From Archaeoglobaceae archaeon (GTDB taxonomy: Archaea > Halobacteriota > Archaeoglobi > Archaeoglobales > Archaeoglobaceae): a DNA stretch of 15,928 nt. Location: assembly GCA_038893835.1 (NCBI GenBank), contig JAWAQR010000026.1:1-15928 (forward strand), given 5' to 3'. Below are positions 8,431 through 15,928 of this stretch, piece by piece. The position numbers and the translations under genes were made by a program. The notes beneath the pieces were generated by a model that was not told the origin of the DNA, did no database searches, and saw only the letters and a program-made list of their open reading frames with translations. The stretch's first letter is position 1, and each line of letters opens with the position of its first letter.

Positions 8431-8948
8431 TTGCCCTCACTGGAACTCCCGGATGTGGGAAAACTACTGTTGCTGAAGAGCTAAAAAGAAGAGGATACAA
8501 TGTTATTTCTGTGAAGGATTTTGCGGAAATGCATGGATGTGCGAAAAGGGTTGGAGATGAGATAATAGTTGACGTTGAAAGACTTTCAAAATACAGATTC
8601 AACGGAATCGTGGAAGGGCATCTTTCGCATTTACTCAAGCCTGATTTGGCGATAGTTCTGCGATGCAATCCGCTGGTTATAAAGAAGAGATTACTGGAAA
8701 GGGGATGGAGTTATGAAAAAGTAATGGAAAACGTTGAAGCTGAGTTAATAGATCTAATTTTAGTAGAAGCGATGCAGAATTGTGAAAGAGTTTATGAAAT
8801 AGACGTGACCGAAATGACGATCGCAGAAATTGCTGATGCTATTGAAAGAATTTTAAGGGGTGAAGAGGGATTTGAACCAGGAAAAGTTGACTGGATATCA
8901 AAGCTCGAGGATAGGATCGAGGAGGTAACGAGATATGGAGGGCTTTAA
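8427..8948 (+). CDS. AK6/Fap7-type adenylate kinase/ATPase
   Basis: [14 protein letters not shown]-loop, [27 protein letters not shown] and GKVDW. Confidence 0.9.
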   Translation: MIALTGTPGCGKTTVAEELKRRGYNVISVKDFAEMHGCAKRVGDEIIVDVERLSKYRFNGIVEGHLSHLLKPDLAIVLRCNPLVIKKRLLERGWSYEKVMENVEAELIDLILVEAMQNCERVYEIDVTEMTIAEIADAIERILRGEEGFEPGKVDWISKLEDRIEEVTRYGGL

Positions 8949-10140
8949 CAAGATCTCATGGGCAGAAAGACACATGAAGGTTCTTGCAAAAATAAGGGAA
9001 GAAATGGAAAGAGATAGACCATTGGAAGGTCTAAAAGTTGGAATGGCTTTACATGTCGAGGCAAAAACAGCTGTTCTCGTTAAGACTTTGATCGCCGCTG
9101 GGGCAGAGGTTGCTATTACTGCTTGTAATCCTATGAGTACACAAGATGACGTTAGCGAGGCTTTGAGAAGTATGGGGATAAAGTGCTTTGCTAGGCGTGG
9201 TATGAGCGTTGAGGAATATTATGAGGCGATTCGAAAAGTTGCAGACTTCAAGCCAGATATAGTAATTGATGATGGTGCAGATCTGATATTCGAACTGCAT
9301 AAAAGGGGACAAAGAGTTAAAGGAGCCAGCGAAGAGACAACGACTGGAGTTTTAAGACTGAGAGCGATGGAAAGGGAAGGGGTTCTATTGTTTCCGGTAA
9401 TAGCTGTAAACGATGCTTTAACAAAATTCCTTTTCGACAACCGCTATGGAACTGGGCAATCGACTGTGGACGGAATAATGAGAGCGACAAACATGTTGCT
9501 TGCAGGAAAAAAGGTTGTAATTGCTGGATATGGCTGGTGTGGGAGGGGGATTGCAATGCGATGCAGGGGAATGGGGGCGAATGTGATAGTTACAGAAGTA
9601 GATGAAATTCGTGCACTCGAAGCGCTGATGGATGGTTTCGAAGTTATGCCGATGGAAAAAGCATGTGAGATTGGAGATATCTTCATCACGGCAACTGGTA
9701 ACATAAACGTGATAAGGGAAGAACACATGAGAAAAATGAAGGATGGAGCTATTCTAGCTAATGCAGGGCATTTTAATGTAGAAATAAACGTTTCAGCGCT
9801 CGAAAAGATGGCAAGAAGTGTTAGAGTTGTTAGGAACAACGTGAAAGAATACGATTTAGGTGGAAAAAGGCTTTATTTACTCGCAGATGGGAGGCTGGTT
9901 AACTTAGTCGCAGGAGATGGGCATCCGATTGAAGTCATGGACATGAGCTTCTCAAATCAGGCTTTGGCAGTTAGATATATAGCGGAGAATTGGGAAAAGC
10001 TCGAAAACAGAGTCTATAGAATGCCCGAGGAGCTGGACAGAAAGGTTGCCAGATTAAAGCTCGAAACTATTGGAGTGAAAATAGATGAGATGACTGAAGA
10101 ACAGATCAGATATGTTTCCGACTGGAGGCATGGGACATGA
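8935..10140 (+). CDS. ahcY: Adenosylhomocysteinase family enzyme, probably S-inosyl-L-homocysteine hydrolase type
   Basis: [46 protein letters not shown] and GRLVNL...[11 protein letters not shown]. Confidence 0.96.
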   Translation: MEGFNKISWAERHMKVLAKIREEMERDRPLEGLKVGMALHVEAKTAVLVKTLIAAGAEVAITACNPMSTQDDVSEALRSMGIKCFARRGMSVEEYYEAIRKVADFKPDIVIDDGADLIFELHKRGQRVKGASEETTTGVLRLRAMEREGVLLFPVIAVNDALTKFLFDNRYGTGQSTVDGIMRATNMLLAGKKVVIAGYGWCGRGIAMRCRGMGANVIVTEVDEIRALEALMDGFEVMPMEKACEIGDIFITATGNINVIREEHMRKMKDGAILANAGHFNVEINVSALEKMARSVRVVRNNVKEYDLGGKRLYLLADGRLVNLVAGDGHPIEVMDMSFSNQALAVRYIAENWEKLENRVYRMPEELDRKVARLKLETIGVKIDEMTEEQIRYVSDWRHGT

Positions 10141-10547
10141 TATGGAGCTATAGGGCGATAAAGAATCCCGTTGCAAGGAGAAAGTGGCTAACCTTTATAT
10201 TTTCTCTAATACTTCTTGGCTTCCTGTATTCAATTTATCGAATATTGCTTGGAGAGAACTTGATAAAGGTCTTCTTAATCTTCACCCTCTTTTCCCTCTT
10301 CCTTTTCCTCTATGCCATAATCTCTCTCGGAAAGCCAAGATACTACTTGATGGATGAGGAATTCATAGTATACAAGCCATTCAAGACAAAAATAAGCGAT
10401 GTGAAGGGATATATCGTGGATGATAAAAATCTGTTGATTAAACTCAATAAAAAGGGCTTTGGTGTCAAGACTCTTTATTTCGAAAGGTTGGAAGATCTCA
10501 GAAATGCAGAGAAGTGGTTAAAGAAGAAGCTTGAATCAAAACTCTGA
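10137..10547 (+). CDS. Hypothetical membrane protein (two N-terminal TM helices plus a small soluble domain)
   Basis: 136 aa with two hydrophobic stretches ([18 protein letters not shown]; [20 protein letters not shown]), ATGA-coupled to ahcY. Confidence 0.75.
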   Translation: MIWSYRAIKNPVARRKWLTFIFSLILLGFLYSIYRILLGENLIKVFLIFTLFSLFLFLYAIISLGKPRYYLMDEEFIVYKPFKTKISDVKGYIVDDKNLLIKLNKKGFGVKTLYFERLEDLRNAEKWLKKKLESKL

Positions 10548-11621
<1,074 letters not shown>

Positions 11622-11633
11622 ATTTTTGAGCAT

Positions 11634-11678
11634 GGACAAAATTTTTATATTAGTGGTTGAAATGTTAAAGCGGTGATG
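11634..11678 (+). promoter_or_regulatory. Putative dsrMK-like promoter (TTTTATAT 11643-11650) and RBS GGTGATG; the upstream T5 run may terminate mer
   Basis: GGACAAAAT-TTTTATAT about 30 nt upstream of ATG 11681; GGTGATG at 11672-11678. Confidence 0.65.
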
Positions 11679-11680
11679 AG

Positions 11681-12592
11681 ATGCTGAACTTCCTAGTTTA
11701 TATAGCAGTTCTGATTTTCGCCATAGTTCTGCTAGCAAAGTTCGTGAAATATTCGACGATGCCAATTCATCTGCGATGGGAAATATATCCAGTCCCACAT
11801 GATCCAAGACACGAGCATGGAGGGAGTTATTACGAGGAAGTTGAGTGGTGGAAAAAGCCAAGACAAAAGACTTTGGCTGGAGAATTAAAGGAAATGCTGA
11901 TGGAAATGATATTCATAAAGAAAGTTTTCACTTACAAAAGACCGCTTTGGTGGCTCACATATCCATTCCACACAGGCATTTATCTAATTTTACTCTGGTT
12001 CCTTCTCCTCTTCATATCAGCAATCCTTGACATTTTCAAGATTGAATTCCTTATGATTCCAGCCTATTATCTTACACTGATCTTCGGTGTTCTAGCGATG
12101 TTCCTGATGCTCATCTTTGGTTTAGCCTTATTGATCCGCAGAATCGCGGACTGGGAGCTGAGAAATTACAGCTCTCCAATGGACTATCTCAACCTGATCT
12201 TCATTCTTGCAGTCGTCATTACAGGAATATTGGCTTGGCAATTCGATTCAGACTTTAGTGTTGCAAAGGATTACATGAAGAGCCTAATAACTTTTAGCCC
12301 TCCACCAACCGTTTCTGAGATAACGCAGTTACACATAATCTTTCTTTCGCTCCTTCTGATTTATCTGCCATTCACGAAAATGACACACTTTCTTGCAAAA
12401 TGGTTCACATATCACAAGATCCTGTGGGAAGATGAACCAAACGTTCCTGGAGGGGAGATAGAAAGTAGATTGAAAAAGTATCTGACAGAGTACAAAGTCA
12501 AGTGGGGCGCATCACACGTTGATCCAAATCTAAACTGGGCCGATGAAGCTTCGAGATGCGATCTTGGAGGTGTTTGTGAGGTGAGAATATGA
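11681..12592 (+). CDS. dsrM: DsrM-like/NarI-family membrane b-type cytochrome subunit
   Basis: About five TM helices, WEIYPVPH...GGSYYEE, PFHTGIY, LIRRI..LRNYSSPMDY and LH-x17-H (YLPFTKMTH). ATGA-coupled to the DsrK-like gene. Confidence 0.82.
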   Translation: MLNFLVYIAVLIFAIVLLAKFVKYSTMPIHLRWEIYPVPHDPRHEHGGSYYEEVEWWKKPRQKTLAGELKEMLMEMIFIKKVFTYKRPLWWLTYPFHTGIYLILLWFLLLFISAILDIFKIEFLMIPAYYLTLIFGVLAMFLMLIFGLALLIRRIADWELRNYSSPMDYLNLIFILAVVITGILAWQFDSDFSVAKDYMKSLITFSPPPTVSEITQLHIIFLSLLLIYLPFTKMTHFLAKWFTYHKILWEDEPNVPGGEIESRLKKYLTEYKVKWGASHVDPNLNWADEASRCDLGGVCEVRI

Positions 12593-14187
12593 GAGAAAGA
12601 ATTTCTATTAACGATGTTGCCAAAAAGGAAGGGCAACTTGTAAAAATAACACTCGAAGATCTCATGAAGCTTCCAAAACCTTATGATAAAGAAGGAATGG
12701 AGTCAAATGTAACAGAACCAAAAGCTGAGTGGAGCAAAAACTACGTCACAGAACTAGACGGCTATGTTGCAATCGACTTACCATGGAAGCCTAAAACAAA
12801 GGAAGAGGAGGAAAAATTGATCCAGAAATTCATCAGTGGACTTAAAAAGCTGATGGATAAAGAAGCTAACTGGACTTTTATCCAGCCACTTCTGCTATCC
12901 CTTGAATACTGCGCCCGCTGTCAGACTTGTAGCGATGCTTGTCATATATACATTTCCTCTGGGAAAAAAGAAATCTATCGTCCAACCTATAGGGCAGAGA
13001 TATTGAGAAGGCTTGTAAAGAAATTGAGCAATGGAGGTAGCTTCAAAGCTAAGTTTCTTGGCGATGTTGAATTGAACGCAAAAACAGTTCTAAGACTTGC
13101 CGAGCTAGCTTATCGCTGCAATCTTTGCAGACGTTGCGCCCAGTATTGTCCACTAGCATTAGACAATGGGCTTGTGGCAAGGGAAATAAGAAAGCTATTT
13201 GCACAAGAACTTGGAATCGCTCCTCAAGCTTTACATGCTCAAGGAACTGCGAAGCACTTAACAACTGGTTCCTCAACCGGTCTAACGCCAGATGGCTTCA
13301 AGGATATGATAGAATTCATGGAGGAGGAAATAAAGGAGAAGACTGGAAAAAGCATAAAGATTCCAGTAGATGAGAAGGGTTCTGACATTCTACTAATCCA
13401 CAATGCAGGGGAATACTTAAGCTGGCCTGAAAACGTACAGGCTTTTGCGATTATCTTTGAAGAGGCTGGCTTTGACTGGACTTTGAGCAGCGAAATGATT
13501 GGATACGATGCTGTGAATTATGGTGTCTGGTACGACGACGTTCAGCTTTCCAGAATCGCTTTAAAACATGCCGAAATTGCCAGAAAGTTGGATGTAAACA
13601 GAATAGTGGTTGGAGAATGTGGTCATGCTCATAAAGCTCTAACAGTCGTTGCAGACAGAATTTTTGTGGGAGAATACCAGATACCGAGAGAGAGCTATTT
13701 ACCGCTGCTCTGGGACATTGTAAGGAGGAAAAAACTGAACCTGGATCCACAAAAGAATGACTTTCCAGTTACCCTACATGATCCGTGCAACGTAGTTCGC
13801 TTAATGGGTATAGTGGAGCCACAGAGAAAAATATTGCAGGAGATATGTCCAAAGTTCAGAGAAATGAAGCCAAACGGTGTTTACAACTATTGCTGCGGTG
13901 GCGGTAGTGGATTTGCGATCATGACTTCGATGAACTTCCCAGAATTCAGAGTGAAGGTTTCGAGTAGGATGAAGTTCAAACAAATTCTCGAAGCATTCCA
14001 AGATAGTATCGATCCAGAGATAAAGAAATACGTTTGTGCTCCATGTAGCAATTGCAAAGGAGCAATTAGAGATATTCTAAGCCATTACAACGCAACCGCG
14101 AACTGTGGAATTCATTACGGAGGACTGGTTGAGCTTGTGGTAAATGCAATGGTGGATTTGGAGCAGCCCTATATCGAGTTCTTCTAG
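12589..14187 (+). CDS. dsrK: DsrK/HdrD-like iron-sulfur protein with CCG domain
   Basis: Two [4Fe-4S] motifs (CARCQTCSDAC; CNLCRRCAQYCP), GECGH, HDPC, CCGGGSG and APCSNCK. RBS GAGGTG at 12578-12583. Confidence 0.85.
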   Translation: MRERISINDVAKKEGQLVKITLEDLMKLPKPYDKEGMESNVTEPKAEWSKNYVTELDGYVAIDLPWKPKTKEEEEKLIQKFISGLKKLMDKEANWTFIQPLLLSLEYCARCQTCSDACHIYISSGKKEIYRPTYRAEILRRLVKKLSNGGSFKAKFLGDVELNAKTVLRLAELAYRCNLCRRCAQYCPLALDNGLVAREIRKLFAQELGIAPQALHAQGTAKHLTTGSSTGLTPDGFKDMIEFMEEEIKEKTGKSIKIPVDEKGSDILLIHNAGEYLSWPENVQAFAIIFEEAGFDWTLSSEMIGYDAVNYGVWYDDVQLSRIALKHAEIARKLDVNRIVVGECGHAHKALTVVADRIFVGEYQIPRESYLPLLWDIVRRKKLNLDPQKNDFPVTLHDPCNVVRLMGIVEPQRKILQEICPKFREMKPNGVYNYCCGGGSGFAIMTSMNFPEFRVKVSSRMKFKQILEAFQDSIDPEIKKYVCAPCSNCKGAIRDILSHYNATANCGIHYGGLVELVVNAMVDLEQPYIEFF

Positions 14188-14192
14188 CCCAA

Positions 14193-14232
14193 TTTTTTAA
14201 CAATTTTGATCGTTTACGATAGTCTAGAGGTG
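14193..14232 (+). promoter_or_regulatory. adh-aor upstream region: T6/TTTTTAA (terminator and/or TATA), palindrome ATCGT-TT-ACGAT, RBS GAGGTG
   Basis: TTTTTTAA at 14193-14200, inverted repeat at 14209-14220, GAGGTG at 14227-14232. Confidence 0.5.
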
Positions 14233-14236
14233 CAGT

Positions 14237-15382
14237 ATGTGGAGTTTTGTTAGCCCTAGGGCAATAGTTTTCGGTGATGATGCATTAGAAGTTCTAAGCA
14301 TGGAGAAAGCTGAGAGAGTTCTCATCGTAACAGATCAATCGATTGAGAAACTAGGCTATGTTGAGATGATAAAGAACATGCTGAGAAATTCTAAAATAGA
14401 AGTTTTCAGCGAAGTGGAACCTGAGCCAAGCATAGATACAGCACTAAAATGTGTCAGGATTGCAAGGGAGTTAAATCCAGAGCTGATAATAGCAGTTGGA
14501 GGAGGAAGTGTACTCGATGTTGCCAAAATTACTAGAATTTTGATAGAGGTCGATATAGATCCAATAGGCATAATACCGAGTATCAACTTAGTGGAGCTTG
14601 GATATAAAAGAAGGACTAGACTTGTGACAATTCCAACAACGAGCGGAACTGGGGCAGATGTGACTTGGGCATGCGTTTTGACTGATAAAGCAGAAAAAAG
14701 AAAATTTACGCCAGCAAATAGAGAGATTGTTCCAGATATTTCGATTCTTGACTATAGAATTGTTGAAAAAATGCCTAAAAAATTGATTGCTGGAACTGGG
14801 ATGGATGCATTGACCCATGCCGTTGAAGGACTTGTATCCATCTGGAGAAATGATTTCAGCGATGCGATGTGCGAAAAAGCGCTAGAACTAATCTTGGAAA
14901 ACCTTGGTAAGTCTTATAGGGGCGATCTCTCTGCAAGAGCAAAAATGCATATCGCAGCAACAATAGCCGGGCTTGGTTTTGGAAATTCGCAAGTTGGACT
15001 GGTCCATGCACTGGGACATTCATTTGGAGCCATCTTCAACTTACATCACGGCCTGAGCGTTGGAATCTTCTTACCATACGTCCTACAGTATTACAGGAAA
15101 TCTGAAAATGCTAGAAGTGTGCTCGAAAAAGTTTCGAGAAAGATTGGGCTCAATGGCATGGATGCACTGATAGCCAGAATTTTTGAATTGATGAAAGAGA
15201 TCGAAGTTCCAACAAAGATCTCAGAAATTGTGGAAGATGTTAAATTTTTTGAGAACTTGGAAAAGCTGATTATTACAACTCTGAACGATGCAAGTCTCGC
15301 AATGAGCCCTAGAATTCCAGATTTTGATGAAACTAGAAAAATTCTGGAATTCGCTTTTTATGGAAAAGAAATAGATTTCTAA
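14237..15382 (+). CDS. Iron-containing (type III) alcohol dehydrogenase
   Basis: VEPEPS, AVGGGSVLDVAK, IPTTSGTGAD, and metal ligands in GMDALTHAVE and GLVHALGH...HHG. Confidence 0.93.
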   Translation: MWSFVSPRAIVFGDDALEVLSMEKAERVLIVTDQSIEKLGYVEMIKNMLRNSKIEVFSEVEPEPSIDTALKCVRIARELNPELIIAVGGGSVLDVAKITRILIEVDIDPIGIIPSINLVELGYKRRTRLVTIPTTSGTGADVTWACVLTDKAEKRKFTPANREIVPDISILDYRIVEKMPKKLIAGTGMDALTHAVEGLVSIWRNDFSDAMCEKALELILENLGKSYRGDLSARAKMHIAATIAGLGFGNSQVGLVHALGHSFGAIFNLHHGLSVGIFLPYVLQYYRKSENARSVLEKVSRKIGLNGMDALIARIFELMKEIEVPTKISEIVEDVKFFENLEKLIITTLNDASLAMSPRIPDFDETRKILEFAFYGKEIDF

Positions 15383-15391
15383 GGTGGTTAG

Positions 15392-15928
15392 ATGAAAGCG
15401 TTCTGTGGCAAGATGCTGAGAATCGATTTGGAAAGCAAGAGGTCAAGCGTTGTTCAGTTGGAAAGAAGGGATGTAAAACAATTCCTTGGCGGTTCTGGAA
15501 TTGGTATAAAGATCCATTATATGATGAGAAGTTTTGAAAAGAACCCATTTTCTGCGGAGAATCCAATAGTCATCATGACTGGTCCAATAACTGCACTTGC
15601 TCCTGGAACTAGCAGAGTAGTCTTCTGCGCAAGAAGTCCTTTGACTGGTATTTGGGGGGAATCGAATGCTGGGGGAAAAATGGCAACCTTTATGAAATTC
15701 GCTGGATGGGATGGAGTTATAATTGAGGGAAAAAGCGATAGACCGGTTTATCTACTCATAAATGAGAGTGAGGTTGAATTCAGAGATGCCGATGGGATTT
15801 GGGGAAAGGGTTGCTATGAGGCGCAGGAGGAGATTAAAAAAGATGTTGGAGAAAGGGTTTCAACAGCAGTAATAGGGCCAGCAGGGGAGAAGCTTGTAAA
15901 ATTTGCCTGCATTCAGGTTGATAACTCA
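15392..15928 (+). CDS. aor: Aldehyde:ferredoxin oxidoreductase family (W/Mo-pterin) protein, 3' end truncated by window edge
   Basis: Not in the ORF track. Manual translation: MKAFCGKMLRIDLES...FLGGSGIG...ENPIVIMTGPIT...RSPLTGIWGESNAGG...KFAGWDGVIIEGKSDRPVYL...IGPAGEKLVKFACI. RBS AGGTGG at 15382-15387. Confidence 0.92.
   Translation, partial: MKAFCGKMLRIDLESKRSSVVQLERRDVKQFLGGSGIGIKIHYMMRSFEKNPFSAENPIVIMTGPITALAPGTSRVVFCARSPLTGIWGESNAGGKMATFMKFAGWDGVIIEGKSDRPVYLLINESEVEFRDADGIWGKGCYEAQEEIKKDVGERVSTAVIGPAGEKLVKFACIQVDNS

Noticed and set aside
11656-11663. GTTGAAAT resembles the start of some archaeal CRISPR repeats
   Set aside because: Only isolated 8-mers; there is no full-length repeat, regular spacing or cas gene.
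11681-12592. Nitrate reductase gamma subunit (narI) call
   Set aside because: No narGHJ nearby, and coupling to a CCG-domain DsrK-like gene indicates a DsrMK/HdrED-type pair.
14209-14220. ModE box interpretation of the ATCG...CGAT palindrome
   Set aside because: It lacks the inner TATAT arms and the length of a ModE site; kept only as a generic operator candidate.

Overview
Gene-dense archaeal window, about 40% GC by spot counts, almost certainly from an Archaeoglobaceae sulfite/sulfate reducer: DsrA, DsrB, DsrD and Mer closely match the Archaeoglobus fulgidus proteins as I recall them. On the minus strand at left is dsrA-dsrB-dsrD followed by a DUF483-like gene that runs off the window. Divergent from it are an archaeal ArsR-like regulator, a UPF0248/DUF504 gene and a BtpA/SgcQ gene. 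Next come mobA-moaA (minus), divergent from a coupled operon of mfnA, a 50-aa ORF missing from the track, hisC, an AK6-type adenylate kinase, ahcY and a membrane protein. The right end is a co-directional energy cluster: mer, a stand-alone dsrM-like/dsrK-like pair, an Fe-alcohol dehydrogenase and a partial aldehyde:ferredoxin oxidoreductase. I saw no RNA genes, CRISPR arrays or mobile elements, and most genes belong to known families. I found no clearly new system. The best leads are the mer-dsrMK-adh-aor cluster, a DsrM-like protein lacking one canonical heme His, a GTTGAAAT word shared by the dsrA, mer and dsrMK promoters next to a divergent regulator, a probable separate dsrD promoter coupled to DUF483, and the small MobB-tail-like ORF.
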